From Lentisphaeria bacterium (GTDB lineage Bacteria; Verrucomicrobiota; Lentisphaeria; JABSQK01; JAWLHB01): 64,000 nucleotides of DNA. Made by a program: the position numbers and the translations under genes. The DNA lies in assembly GCA_041690595.1 (NCBI GenBank), contig JAWLHB010000003.1, positions 186,001-250,000 on the forward strand. Reading direction: 5' to 3'. This document shows positions 37,606 through 47,996 of the stretch, one piece after another. The notes beneath the pieces were generated by a model, which was not told the origin of the DNA, made no database searches, and saw nothing but the letters and a program-made list of their open reading frames with translations. Position 1 is the first letter of the stretch; every line of letters begins with the position of its first letter.

Positions 37606-39578
37606 CCAGTACCACCGCCACCACGCTTCCGTCGCCAGTGCCGGAGATCCCCGGACAGACCGTTCGCCGCACCGGCAGCCGGCTGCTCTGGGCTCTGCTC
37701 GGCGCGGGTCTCATCCTGGATTCCATGTTTATCTCCTGGCTTGGCAGCCGTGCGGGCGATTCCGGTTTGACGGCCTGGGCAGCGGATGAAGGCAAGCTCG
37801 CCGCTCTGTGTGCCGGACTCGGCATTCTGCTGCTCCTCTGGCGCATCTTCGAGATCATTGGCCGCGAGGCCCGCACGGGACATACGCGGATGAACGAGCT
37901 GGTCATTCTGGCAGTCCTCGCCTCGGTTGCACGGGCCAACTTCACTCCTGACGGCGCCATTGCGTTGCAGACAGCGGGGGGGATCGCCTTCTTCATGCTG
38001 CTCAGCCTCATCATCGAGTCCCAGAGCGCGGTGGGCGCAAGGGCCTCGCTCGAAGCATTGGCGCGCCTCACCCCCGGTAAGGCACGCCGCCTCCTGCCGT
38101 CGGGGGAGGAAGAGCAGGTGGAGCCGGCCAGCCTGCAACCGGGCGATCGCCTGCGCATCCTCCCTGGTGAAAATGTCTTTGGCGACGGCAAGATCGTGCG
38201 CGGCAATACGGCGTTGCAGGAAGCGAATATCACTGGCGAATCGCTGCCGGTCGACAAGGGACCGGGGGATACCGTCTTCGCCGGCACGGTCAACCTCAGT
38301 GGGCTGATCGAGGTCACTGTCGATCGAGCAGGACGTGACACCACCATTGGCAAGGTGCGCGAACTGATCGAGCAGGCAGAACGCAGCCGCCTCCCCTTTA
38401 CCCGTCTCATCGACCGTTACATTCACTATTACACGCCCGTGGTTCTGATCCTGGCAGGGCTCGTCTGGCTGGCGACAACGGACTTGAATCGCGTCGCGGC
38501 GGTGCTCGTTGCCGCCTGCCCGATCGCACTTATTCTGGCGACCCCATCGGCCATGATCGCGGCGCTGTCGGCGGCGGCCAGGCTGGGCGTTCTGGTCAAG
38601 AATGTCAACGACATCGAAGCGATGGCGCGCATCGATGCGGTGGTGATGGACAAGACCGGCACAGTGACGACGGGGGAGCTGGGTGTCGTGCGGCTCTCTC
38701 CCATCGCCGACGTCACACCCGCGGAGCTGGTGCGTCTTGCCGCCAGCGCGGAGCAGCGAAGCAATCACCCGGTGGCGGTGGCAATCCGGCAGCTGGCGAT
38801 CAAGGTACGCGTGGTCCTGAGCGAGCCGGAGGAGCTTCATGAGGAGCCGGGGCGCGGCTTGCGAGCCGTGGTTGACGGGCATGCGGTCTTCGTCGGCAAT
38901 CTGGCCTGGATGGAGGAGAATGGACTTGGTGAGCAGGTTTTCCATGCCGAGGGAGGCGAAGATACACAAGGGGTCAGCCTCCTGTACATCATGTGCGATG
39001 GCAGACCGTACGGATGGATAGCACTTGAAGACCAGGTGCGGGAAGGGGCGCGGGAAGCACTGGATGAACTCAAGGCGCTGAACATCCGGCATCTGGCGCT
39101 GATCACCGGCGATCGCGAGGAAGTAGCCGCGCGCGTGGCGCACGAGCTGGGGCTGGAAAACTGGCGCAGCCATTGCATACCGGCCCAGAAGGTCGAGTAT
39201 GTCAACGAAACCAAGCGACGTGGCTACCGTACCGCCTTCATTGGCGATGGCGTGAACGACGGTCCGGCGCTGGCGGCCAGCAACATCGGCATTGCCATGG
39301 GGGCGGCGGGAAGCGATGTGGCCGTGGAGAGCGCGACCATAGCCCTCCTGAACAACCGGTTGAACCGCCTGCCCTTTCTGATGCGCCTGGCGCGCCGGTC
39401 GCGGCTGATCATCATCGGCAACGTCATCATCGGCGGTATCTTCATTTTCGGCGGCATCGCGCTGAGCGCAGCCGGCATACTCTCTCCCTTCATGGCCGCC
39501 ATCATTCAGGTGGTCAGCACGCTTGCCGTGGTCCTCAACAGCGCTCGCCTGGTTCGCGAAGGCGAGGATCTCGGCTGA
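37602..39578 (+). CDS. P1B-type cation-translocating P-type ATPase (atypical CPIAL motif)
   Basis: TGESLPV, ACPIAL, DKTGT, SNHP, TGD, GDGVNDGPALA. Confidence 0.92.
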   Translation: MTSTTATTLPSPVPEIPGQTVRRTGSRLLWALLGAGLILDSMFISWLGSRAGDSGLTAWAADEGKLAALCAGLGILLLLWRIFEIIGREARTGHTRMNELVILAVLASVARANFTPDGAIALQTAGGIAFFMLLSLIIESQSAVGARASLEALARLTPGKARRLLPSGEEEQVEPASLQPGDRLRILPGENVFGDGKIVRGNTALQEANITGESLPVDKGPGDTVFAGTVNLSGLIEVTVDRAGRDTTIGKVRELIEQAERSRLPFTRLIDRYIHYYTPVVLILAGLVWLATTDLNRVAAVLVAACPIALILATPSAMIAALSAAARLGVLVKNVNDIEAMARIDAVVMDKTGTVTTGELGVVRLSPIADVTPAELVRLAASAEQRSNHPVAVAIRQLAIKVRVVLSEPEELHEEPGRGLRAVVDGHAVFVGNLAWMEENGLGEQVFHAEGGEDTQGVSLLYIMCDGRPYGWIALEDQVREGAREALDELKALNIRHLALITGDREEVAARVAHELGLENWRSHCIPAQKVEYVNETKRRGYRTAFIGDGVNDGPALAASNIGIAMGAAGSDVAVESATIALLNNRLNRLPFLMRLARRSRLIIIGNVIIGGIFIFGGIALSAAGILSPFMAAIIQVVSTLAVVLNSARLVREGEDLG

Positions 39579-39633
39579 CGAAGAGCACGCACCCCATTGT
39601 CCCCCCTTTTCTCAACGTTCGTAACGAGGTAGC

Positions 39634-40275
39634 ATGAAAGCTGTAATATTTGACATGGATGGCGTCCTGACGGACTCAGAGCCGATCATCAACGCTGCCG
39701 CCATCGCCATGTTCAAGGAATATGGAATCGCGGCGCAGCCCATCGATTTCGAGCCTTTCATTGGCGCCGGTGAGAACCGCTACGTCGGCGGAGTCGCTCA
39801 GCAATATGGTCTGCAAGTCGATGTGGCCACATTGAAGGCACGGACGTACGAGATTTATCTGGACATTGTCCGGGAGATGCTGAAGGCGTTTCCGGGAGCG
39901 GTCGAGCTGGTGAAGAGCTGTCGCGCCGCTGGTTACCTGACAGCGGTGGCGTCGAGCGCCGACTGGATCAAGGTTGAAGCGAACCTGCTGGGGATCGACC
40001 TGCCGCCGAGCGGCTTCGATGCCGTCATCACGGCCGAGAAGGTGGAGCATAAGAAACCGTCGCCGGAGATCTTTCTGGCGGCTGCCCGCGAACTTGGTGT
40101 GGCCCCGTCGGACTGCACGGTGGTCGAAGACGCGGTAAATGGTGTCGATGCCGCCCTTGCCGCAAAGATGCGTTGCGTAGCCATTGCCTCGAGCTTTCCC
40201 GCCGCCAAGTTGAGTCATGCGCACGCGGTGCGTCCAACCATCGCCGAGGTCACCCTCGACGATCTGCGAGGTTGA
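39634..40275 (+). CDS. HAD-IA family hydrolase (beta-phosphoglucomutase-like)
   Basis: FDMDGVLTDSE, KPSPEIF, VEDAVNG. Confidence 0.9.
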   Translation: MKAVIFDMDGVLTDSEPIINAAAIAMFKEYGIAAQPIDFEPFIGAGENRYVGGVAQQYGLQVDVATLKARTYEIYLDIVREMLKAFPGAVELVKSCRAAGYLTAVASSADWIKVEANLLGIDLPPSGFDAVITAEKVEHKKPSPEIFLAAARELGVAPSDCTVVEDAVNGVDAALAAKMRCVAIASSFPAAKLSHAHAVRPTIAEVTLDDLRG

Positions 40276-40276
40276 C

Positions 40277-41608
40277 ATGAGCACAGAATCACGGCTCATT
40301 CAGAATCAGGGGCAAAGCTATGCGGAGACCCTGTACTACGTGACCGGCCAGATCTTCCGGACGCGGAATCCGGCTGACCGGGTCCTTGCCGCCCACTTCC
40401 GGAAGAATCGGAAGTTCGGCTCACGCGATCGGCGCTTCATGTCGGAGACTTTCTTCAGTGTCTTTCGCTGGTGGGGATGGCTGAGCCGTACGCGAGGCAT
40501 TACCGAAGATTTCTGGGACGATGATCCTGCGACGGCGTCGCGGCTCAAGCCCTGGCTGCGCATCCTGCTGGGGGCGCACCTGCTCGACAACGACGACATG
40601 CATCCGGTAGCCGTCTACTGGAAGGAATGCCTAGGCTACACCGGTTACCTGAAAGCGTGTCGTGAAGCGTCGCTCGAACAGAAGGGCCGCGAATTGAGCG
40701 AGCTTCTCGGGCTGCCCGCGCTGACGTGGCAGGAGCTGGTACCGAGGTGGATATTCGCGAAGCTGCCACTGGCTGAAGATCAACGCAAGTACCTGGTTGA
40801 ACAGCTGCAGGAACGTCCGCCCATGTGGCTGCGCTGCCAGGGCGAAAGTCGCGACAATGTCCTGAATGCTTTGCGCCATGAAGATCTGAAGGCGCACGCT
40901 TCGCCCCACTTGCCCGACGCGATTCGCATTGACAATGCCCATGTGAACCTCTACGAGCTGGATGCCTATCGCAATGGTCATTTCGAGATCCAGGATTTCG
41001 CGTCGCAAGTGATTGGCTACACATGCGCACCACAGGCTGGTGAGCGCTGGTGGGATGCCTGTGCCGGGGCCGGTGGCAAGACCCTGCAGTTGGCCAGTCT
41101 CATGCGAAGCAAAGGGACGGTGCTTGCCACGGACATCCGCGAGTACAAACTGAACGATTTGAAGAAACGAGCGCGCCGGCCGGGATTGAGCAACATCCGC
41201 ACCAAACCTTGGGACGGGCATACACTGCCGACGCGCAATGCCCGCTTCGATGGGGTGCTGGTCGATGCGCCCTGCTCCAATACGGGCACCTGGCGGCGCA
41301 ATCCCGATGCGCGATGGACGCTGACGCCCGACGACGTGCAGGAGATGGCCACCATGCAGCTGGAGATTCTCGAGCGGGTTGCTCCCGCGGTGGAGCCCGG
41401 CGGCAAATTGCTCTATGCCACCTGCTCCCTTTGCCGAGATGAGAACGAGGATGTCGTTCAGGCATTCCTGGCGCGCCATCCGGAGTATCGCCTCGACAAG
41501 GTGCGGCATCCGGTCACCAAGAGCGAAACCGACGGCATGCTGCGCATCTGGCCGGCAGACTCCGACTGCGACGGCATGTTCGTCGCGCGATTGATCCGCA
41601 AGAGCTGA
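40277..41608 (+). CDS. RsmB/NOP family RNA m5C methyltransferase
   Basis: IQDFASQ, DACAGAGGKT, VDAPCSNTG, YATCS. Confidence 0.9.
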   Translation: MSTESRLIQNQGQSYAETLYYVTGQIFRTRNPADRVLAAHFRKNRKFGSRDRRFMSETFFSVFRWWGWLSRTRGITEDFWDDDPATASRLKPWLRILLGAHLLDNDDMHPVAVYWKECLGYTGYLKACREASLEQKGRELSELLGLPALTWQELVPRWIFAKLPLAEDQRKYLVEQLQERPPMWLRCQGESRDNVLNALRHEDLKAHASPHLPDAIRIDNAHVNLYELDAYRNGHFEIQDFASQVIGYTCAPQAGERWWDACAGAGGKTLQLASLMRSKGTVLATDIREYKLNDLKKRARRPGLSNIRTKPWDGHTLPTRNARFDGVLVDAPCSNTGTWRRNPDARWTLTPDDVQEMATMQLEILERVAPAVEPGGKLLYATCSLCRDENEDVVQAFLARHPEYRLDKVRHPVTKSETDGMLRIWPADSDCDGMFVARLIRKS

Positions 41609-41665
41609 CGGCGAGGCGAGAGGACGGAAGCGACAGGCGCCGCTCCCGTCCTCGAGACTTGCCGA

Positions 41666-42862
41666 TCAGGTGTGCCGGGCCAGGAAGCTGCCCATGCGTT
41701 CGAGCGCAATCTCGAGCGTATGGATATCGGTGGCGTAGGCACAACGGACAAAACCGGTGCCGTCACGAGTGAAGGCGGATCCGGGAACGACGGCCACACG
41801 CTCTTCCGTCAGCAGGCCACGGGCAAACTCATGATCGGTCATGCCGGTGGCACTGATGTTGGGGAAGGCATAGAAGGCGCCTTCCGGAAGTGTGCAGCGC
41901 AAGCCAAGCCTGTTCAGCCCCTTGACGATGACATTGCGGCGCTGGAAGTACTGATCCCGCATGGCCATCATCTCCTTTCGACCGTTGCGAAGAGCTTCGA
42001 CCGCCGCTTCCTGTGCCAGAATCGATGCGCAGAGCATGGAGTACTGGTGGATCTTCATCATGGCCTCGATCAATTCATGGGGACCGCAGGCATAGCCGAT
42101 ACGGAAGCCGGTCATGGCAAAGGCCTTGGAGAAACCATGCAGGAAAACCGTCCGCTCACGCATGCCGGGATAACTGGCAATACAGGGCGATCGATCCCCA
42201 TAGGAAAGCTCGGCGTAAATCTCGTCGGTGATGACCAGAAGATCGCGTTCAACCGCGATCCGTGAGATCTCCCGTTTCTGATCATCGGAGAGATTGGCGC
42301 CGGTGGGATTGTTGGGGAAGTTGAGGAGGATCGCCCGGGTCTTTGGGGTGATGGCATCGGCCAGCCGTTGCGGGTCGAGTGCGAAAGCATCTTCCTCAAA
42401 GGTGGTGACCGGGACCGGGACGGCATGCGCCATGCGGATCAGCGGCATGTAGGAGACGTAACAGGGCTCATGATAGATCACTTCGTCGCCGGGATTCAGA
42501 ATGGCGCGAAGGATCAGGTCGAGAGCCTCGCTGACACCGACGGTGACGATGCACTCGCTCGCGGGATCGTAGGCGACGCCGAAATCGCTCTCTACATACT
42601 TGCAGATCTCCTTGCGGCAATTGAGGTTGCCAAGATTGGAGGTGTAGCTGGTACGGCCGCGATCGAGAGCATAGATGGTGGCTTCGCGGATAGCCCATGG
42701 GGTGGCAAAGTCGGGTTCACCGACGCCCAGAGAGATAACATCATCCATCGCCTGGACGAGTTCAAAAAAGTCACGGATGCCACTGCGGGGGAGCGAGCGG
42801 ATGTGGTCAGCCACCCAGCTACGGTGTAACACTGAGTCGTTCATATTCTTCATTGTCTTCAA
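41666..42862 (-). CDS. Class I/II PLP aminotransferase
   Basis: LGVGEPDF, PNNPTG, DEIY, GFSKAFAMTGFRIG; start uncertain. Confidence 0.92.
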   Translation of the reverse strand: MKTMKNMNDSVLHRSWVADHIRSLPRSGIRDFFELVQAMDDVISLGVGEPDFATPWAIREATIYALDRGRTSYTSNLGNLNCRKEICKYVESDFGVAYDPASECIVTVGVSEALDLILRAILNPGDEVIYHEPCYVSYMPLIRMAHAVPVPVTTFEEDAFALDPQRLADAITPKTRAILLNFPNNPTGANLSDDQKREISRIAVERDLLVITDEIYAELSYGDRSPCIASYPGMRERTVFLHGFSKAFAMTGFRIGYACGPHELIEAMMKIHQYSMLCASILAQEAAVEALRNGRKEMMAMRDQYFQRRNVIVKGLNRLGLRCTLPEGAFYAFPNISATGMTDHEFARGLLTEERVAVVPGSAFTRDGTGFVRCAYATDIHTLEIALERMGSFLARHT

Positions 42863-43316
42863 GTTGGAAACCGGATTCCTTGTACTTCTTCAGCATAAAA
42901 TGAGTCCGCGTTGAGCGGACGCCTTTCATGGGGGAGAGTTTGCTGGCGACGAAGTCGGCCACCTCCTGGAGGGTATCGCCCATGATGAAGAGCAACAGGT
43001 CGTAGTTGCCCGACACCAGCATGAGGTCTGTCACCTCCGGGAATTTGCTGATGCTTCGAGCCGTGCGGTCGAAACCGGAGTCACGCTCCGGTTCGACACT
43101 CACCTCGATCATGGCTCGCACCTTCTGGTCGTGCAGTGCTTCATCTCGCACTACGGCATGGTAACCCAGGATTGTCTTGTCCGTTTCCCATCTGCGCATC
43201 AGGTTCTCGATGTCCTGGACGGGAACATCGAGGCGGGTGCTGATTTCTTCAGCGCTGAGTCGGGCATTACGTTGCAGAAGCTTGAGGATGGCCTTCGGCG
43301 GATTGAGTTCACTCAT
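42819..43316 (-). CDS. Lrp/AsnC family transcriptional regulator
   Basis: ILKLLQRNARLS HTH, VSGNYDLL, TRTHFMLKKYK. Confidence 0.9.
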   Translation of the reverse strand: MSELNPPKAILKLLQRNARLSAEEISTRLDVPVQDIENLMRRWETDKTILGYHAVVRDEALHDQKVRAMIEVSVEPERDSGFDRTARSISKFPEVTDLMLVSGNYDLLLFIMGDTLQEVADFVASKLSPMKGVRSTRTHFMLKKYKESGFQLEDNEEYERLSVTP

Positions 43317-43321
43317 AGGTA

Positions 43322-43960
43322 TTATTCCGGTATGTTCAGTTCCTGCCCCACGTATATCGTGTCGCCAGTCAGGTTGTTGATCTGCTTGAGTCTGGCGACG
43401 GAAATATTGAAGGCGGCGGCGATGGCGCTGAGTGTATCGCCGGGCGCCACCTTGTAGCGACGACCGGTCGTGGCATTGGTGCCGGCTGGGCTGGATGCGG
43501 ATTCCTGCTGAATCTTTGTCAAGCCCTTAGCGAGGGCATTGCTTAGCTGGTCGATGATGCGCTTATCGGCCGCAACACGTTGACTGCTCTCGGCAGCAAT
43601 GATTTCCTTGAGTTCGCCGATGTGTCGTTCGATCAATGTCTCGTACTGGCGGTTCTGCTTTTCGAGCTGGGCCAGGCGCTCGCGATTTTGATCGAGCTGC
43701 TGTTGGAGCGCACCGAGAGCGCGGGTCTGGGTGGCCAGTTCGCTGGTGAAGCGACGGATGAATTCCTGTTGCTCGCGCGAGCTTTCGGCACTTGCCACGC
43801 GATCGGCATTGAAGGCCTTGATGACCTTGGCCAGATCGGTCTGCAACCGCACGACCTCCTGCCTGAGCTGGTCATCGCGTGCCTGCCCATAAGCGGAAGC
43901 AGCCAGCATGAGCAGGCTTCCAACCAGAACGCACGTGCAATGTCTGAAAGTGTTCTTCAT
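43322..43960 (-). CDS. Exported coiled-coil LysM protein
   Basis: Signal peptide, coiled coil, [13 protein letters not shown]...[10 protein letters not shown]. Confidence 0.88.
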   Translation of the reverse strand: MKNTFRHCTCVLVGSLLMLAASAYGQARDDQLRQEVVRLQTDLAKVIKAFNADRVASAESSREQQEFIRRFTSELATQTRALGALQQQLDQNRERLAQLEKQNRQYETLIERHIGELKEIIAAESSQRVAADKRIIDQLSNALAKGLTKIQQESASSPAGTNATTGRRYKVAPGDTLSAIAAAFNISVARLKQINNLTGDTIYVGQELNIPE

Positions 43961-43981
43961 GGTCTCGCTCCTGTGTCCAAC

Positions 43982-44770
43982 TTATCCCGCCAACTGCATG
44001 ACGGTGACGGCAACGGCCACCACCAGTACATAGTAGCCGAACCAGGAAAACTTGCCACTGCTCAGCGCCTTGATCAGAATAGCCAGCGAGATGAAGCCAA
44101 CGATAAAAGCGACAAAAAAGCCAACAACGAGTCCAGAGACACTGGACAAGACCGGAGAGGGTCCGCGCAAAATATCGAGCACATCCAGCAAGGTAGCCCC
44201 GCCGATGGCTGGGATGCCGAGGAAGAAGGAGAATCTGGCGGCACTGGCTTTGTCGATCCCCAGACGAGTGGCCGTAGCGATGGTGGTGCCACTGCGGGAG
44301 ACGCCTGGGAGGACAGAGACGCACTGCATGATGCCAATGATCACGGCCGTGACCCACGGCATCTCCTTCAGACGCAGGTTCTCGTTGTTCTTGTGATGCA
44401 CGACGAGTAGCATGAAGGCGGTAAAGAGAAAACAGACAACGACAAGCCAGATATTGTCGAAGTTGTTCTCGAGCATCTTCATCAGGGGAATGCCGAGGAT
44501 GACCAGTGGCAAGGTGCCCGCCGCCACAAGCCCGAAAATCCGCCATTCGCGCTGTCGGATGATCCGGACAATGTCCCGCGCATAGAAGGTCAGAATGGCC
44601 AGCAGGGTTCCCGCGTGGAGGATGACCGCCACAAAGAGATTCTCCTCGCCATTGGTCATTCCCAGCATGCGCTGGAATACCACCAAGTGGCCGGAAGAGC
44701 TGATCGGCAGAAACTCCGTCACCCCCTGAATGATTGCCAACAAGATTATCTTCCCGAACTCTTGATCCAC
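43982..44770 (-). CDS. uppP: Undecaprenyl-diphosphate phosphatase
   Basis: IQGVTEFLPISSSGHL, PGVSRSGTT, ARFSFFL. Confidence 0.95.
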   Translation of the reverse strand: MDQEFGKIILLAIIQGVTEFLPISSSGHLVVFQRMLGMTNGEENLFVAVILHAGTLLAILTFYARDIVRIIRQREWRIFGLVAAGTLPLVILGIPLMKMLENNFDNIWLVVVCFLFTAFMLLVVHHKNNENLRLKEMPWVTAVIIGIMQCVSVLPGVSRSGTTIATATRLGIDKASAARFSFFLGIPAIGGATLLDVLDILRGPSPVLSSVSGLVVGFFVAFIVGFISLAILIKALSSGKFSWFGYYVLVVAVAVTVMQLAG

Positions 44771-44815
44771 CAGTATCTCCCCAAGCAGATGTCCTGCCGC
44801 ATGATGATCTGTCCG

Positions 44816-44860
44816 CAGCCATCACCGGAGAGTCGACATGGACCACTCCGGTAATGGCTG
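44816..44860 (-). terminator. 15-bp stem-loop just after the argG stop
   Basis: CAGCCATCACCGGAG...CTCCGGTAATGGCTG; the single mismatch is a G.U pair on the minus strand; no U-tract. Confidence 0.4.
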
Positions 44861-44865
44861 GTGCC

Positions 44866-46107
44866 TCAGCGCGCCCGGATCTGTCCCGCGCGTGCCATGG
44901 TCAACGCTTCGACGCTTTGTACTTCCACATATCCCTGTGAACTGACAGGGTTGAGCCCTTCGCTTGCTTCCATCGAAGAATCGGCCTCGTTATAGAGGCT
45001 GGCGGCAACATCCCGCAGAGAGTGGAAGTAGATATTGCCCTTGTAGAGCCCCATTGTCACGGTACCGTCGGCAAACTCGGCCAGCGAATCGATGGCGCGC
45101 TGCGCGGCACAGGTGCCGGGATCAAAATAGCGACCGTCGTAAATCTGGTCAGCGATGAACCGCGAAAGCTGCTGAACGAGCAATCCAGAGCGGCGATCGA
45201 GAACGGCCTGGTAGACAAAGCGCAGACCGGCGCCGAGCAGTTCCATGCCGGGTGCTTCGTAGACGCCGCGACTCTTGGTGCCGATAACGCGATTCTCGAG
45301 GGCGTGCTTGAGCCCCAGGCCGGCTCTGCCGCCGATGTCGTTGGCCAGCAGCATGGCTTCAAGGGGAGAGACATCCTTGCCGTCAATAGCCACGCAGAAA
45401 CCTTTTTCGAAACGCAGCGTGACTTCCTGGAGCTCGTCGGGCGCCTTGTGCGGCCAAACGCCCATGGTGGGTTCGACAATGGTGCAGGGGGTCTGGATGC
45501 TTTCAAGATCCTCGGCTTCGTGAGACAATCCCGCGAGATTCGCGTCAGTGGAATACTTCTTGCGGCCGCCGGCGTAGGATTCGATGCCAAGGCGAGTGAG
45601 GTATTCGGCCATTTCGGTGCGGCCGGGGAACTGCTCGAGGAGGATCGGGTCGCGCCATGGGGCGTAGACCTTCATGTCTGGTGCGAGGACATTGGTGTAG
45701 CGCTCGAAGCGGATCTGGTCATTGCCACGTCCGGTGGCGCCATGAGCCAGGACCGTGCAACCGCGTTCGCGCATGGCGGGGAGCAGACCGCGAACAGTGA
45801 CCGCGCGAGCAATGCCCGTGGTGTTCCAATAGCCGCCATCGTACTGAGCCTGATACTTGAGGACTTCAAAGCATGCCGTCGCCATCTGCTTCTTGAGATC
45901 CACGAGTACGGTTTCCATGCCGCAGGCCGCCATCTTGCGGGTGACATCGCGGATATCGGTTTCATCCGGCTGCGCGAGGTCAGCCGTGAAAGCGATGACT
46001 TTGATGCCGAGTTCTTTGAGTTTACTGGCAACAGTCCGGCTATCGAGACCGCCGGAGGCGCAGAGGCCGAGTGTCTCGCCCTTCAGATGTTCAACGGTGT
46101 ACGGCAT
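44866..46107 (-). CDS. argG: Argininosuccinate synthase
   Basis: ASGGLDS, HGATGRGNDQIRF, APWR, YSTDANL, ENRVIGTKSRGVYEAPG. Confidence 0.95.
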   Translation of the reverse strand: MPYTVEHLKGETLGLCASGGLDSRTVASKLKELGIKVIAFTADLAQPDETDIRDVTRKMAACGMETVLVDLKKQMATACFEVLKYQAQYDGGYWNTTGIARAVTVRGLLPAMRERGCTVLAHGATGRGNDQIRFERYTNVLAPDMKVYAPWRDPILLEQFPGRTEMAEYLTRLGIESYAGGRKKYSTDANLAGLSHEAEDLESIQTPCTIVEPTMGVWPHKAPDELQEVTLRFEKGFCVAIDGKDVSPLEAMLLANDIGGRAGLGLKHALENRVIGTKSRGVYEAPGMELLGAGLRFVYQAVLDRRSGLLVQQLSRFIADQIYDGRYFDPGTCAAQRAIDSLAEFADGTVTMGLYKGNIYFHSLRDVAASLYNEADSSMEASEGLNPVSSQGYVEVQSVEALTMARAGQIRAR

Positions 46108-46188
46108 GATTGACTACTCATTCTGGTCGTTTACGATAATCAGGAATTGGCCGGCGGGGTCAAGCAGCTTGCTTCGGCCGGCAAGCAA

Positions 46189-46216
46189 CGAACGCCGACG
46201 CAGTGGTCGGCGTTCG
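46189..46216 (-). terminator. 11-bp hairpin downstream of 46254-46637 gene
   Basis: CGAACGCCGAC-6 nt-GTCGGCGTTCG; weak U-tract. Confidence 0.35.
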
Positions 46217-46253
46217 GAACAGCTGCAAAAAGTGCCGCGATGCCCTTGTGCGG

Positions 46254-46637
46254 TCAGTAAGCGTCGCGAGTCTCAACGGCCCATACGTCTTCTTCACGCT
46301 GACCGACCACAAACTCCGGATAGAGGATGGGGCCATTGTCATAGGGGAAAGTGAGGACTTCGTAGGTTCCAACGCCCATGCGCATGGCGGTACGTTTAAC
46401 GCCGAGGAAGGTTCCCCAGGTGAGACCGGCCACATCTCCGTGTTCCTGCTTGACGTCCTTCCAAGCGCGGGGAATCTCCAGAAAGCCGAGGAAGAAGTTG
46501 CTGACGCCGCGCCCGAGTTTTCGGGTTGGGCGACTCGCTTCATCCTGAGCCTGGCTGAAAGATGTGACGCCTAACCAGCAACATGCTATGGTCAGGGCGA
46601 GAACTAGCCGGCTGATACGTTTGGTTCTGTTTTGCAT
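46254..46637 (-). CDS. Exosortase system-associated protein, TIGR04073-like
   Basis: Signal peptide, RKLGRGVSNFFLGFLEIP...GTYEVLTFP. Confidence 0.78.
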   Translation of the reverse strand: MQNRTKRISRLVLALTIACCWLGVTSFSQAQDEASRPTRKLGRGVSNFFLGFLEIPRAWKDVKQEHGDVAGLTWGTFLGVKRTAMRMGVGTYEVLTFPYDNGPILYPEFVVGQREEDVWAVETRDAY

Positions 46638-46715
46638 ATGCTTCCCTCGCTCGCCTTTATGTGTGTTGTGATCGTCCGTGACAGTCTACGGCCCCTGCTC
46701 GGCGCCACCAGGTCT

Positions 46716-47912
46716 TTAACTATAGTGCACCAGAAAGAAAGTTTTACCGATTTCCGCTACATCGCCAGCATGGACGCGCGCTTTCGAAATCTTCTCATTA
46801 TTGACATAAGTACCATTGGCGCTGTAATTGTCAATGAGATGGAAGCTCTTTCCACTGGGAATAATTTGAGCATGTGCGCGGGAGACGCCCATATCGGGGA
46901 GGGTGATGCCACAGGAACTGGAGCGTCCAATGGTGATTGCGCCGCCGTAGGCGGGCACGATGAACGACTGGTTGGTGGCTCCGCCCAACGGGGTGAGGCA
47001 GAAGTTCTCGAAGTCCAGACCATCGGCGAAGAGTTCTTCGCCACGGCGAATCGCGTCGCCATAGATCTCGACATGAAGCGCCTCGGTACCAATGACAATC
47101 TGATCGTCCTGCTTGAGACGGTAAGGTTCGTCCATCATCTGGCCGTTGACCTGGATCTTGAATCGTCCCATGGGCTCGACGTAGATGCCATCGCAGCTCC
47201 AGTAGACCATCGCGTGAAAGGGACGCACGGTCTTTTCGGGAATGATGAAATCGCAAACCATGTGTGAGCCAATGAGAATGGGCTCCTGATTGGAGTCGAC
47301 GGTCATCTTGGCGTTGCTGATGAAGACCTGGCTTTCGGTAATGGGGGGATCATAGACGACTTCGAGGCGGCGGCGCTTGGCCGCGAGCCGACTGGTATCG
47401 AGGAAGTTGCTGCTTTCCGCTCCGGTGAAGACGAGGCAGCTGTTTCCCATGTGGATGATGGTGCGGCAGTTCCACGGTGCAATGGCCTGTCGAGTGAGTA
47501 TGCCATCGAAGCGACACAGATCCTTGACGCCGCGATCGACGAACATCCATTCGCGACCGATGCGCGTGATGACCAACTGCTTCTTGCTGATCTGCGCATC
47601 GTTGATGTAGACGTCGCACTCTTCCTGCGAATTGCCGACGGAGACCGTGACCTGCTCGGGGCTGTACGAGAGGCTGGAGACGGCACGGTCACTGACAATC
47701 CAGAGGGTGGGTTGGATGTCCTGCTCTGAAAAATCGTCCTCCAGCTCCGGCTCGACATGGGCGATATCCTGATACGTATAGGGGGCGCCGGGGGCGCGAT
47801 CCATCGGGAAGTCGACGATGGTCTGTTCGCCAAAATCGTCGTCATACCCGTCATTCATCGCCTCGTCCTCTGCGTAATCGTTCTGGTAATGAGGCTGGTT
47901 CGGATACGCCAT
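46716..47912 (-). CDS. Multi-FHA domain protein
   Basis: Canonical C-terminal FHA (IGRSSSC, VSRAHA, SANGTYVN) plus two degenerate copies; acidic N-terminus. Confidence 0.85.
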   Translation of the reverse strand: MAYPNQPHYQNDYAEDEAMNDGYDDDFGEQTIVDFPMDRAPGAPYTYQDIAHVEPELEDDFSEQDIQPTLWIVSDRAVSSLSYSPEQVTVSVGNSQEECDVYINDAQISKKQLVITRIGREWMFVDRGVKDLCRFDGILTRQAIAPWNCRTIIHMGNSCLVFTGAESSNFLDTSRLAAKRRRLEVVYDPPITESQVFISNAKMTVDSNQEPILIGSHMVCDFIIPEKTVRPFHAMVYWSCDGIYVEPMGRFKIQVNGQMMDEPYRLKQDDQIVIGTEALHVEIYGDAIRRGEELFADGLDFENFCLTPLGGATNQSFIVPAYGGAITIGRSSSCGITLPDMGVSRAHAQIIPSGKSFHLIDNYSANGTYVNNEKISKARVHAGDVAEIGKTFFLVHYS

Positions 47913-47996
47913 GGGGAAGTGTTCCGCTACCTGGAAGAAGTTATCAGCAAAAGGACGCTTCGTTACTGTACCATCCCTGTGTATGTTTTCAAACAG

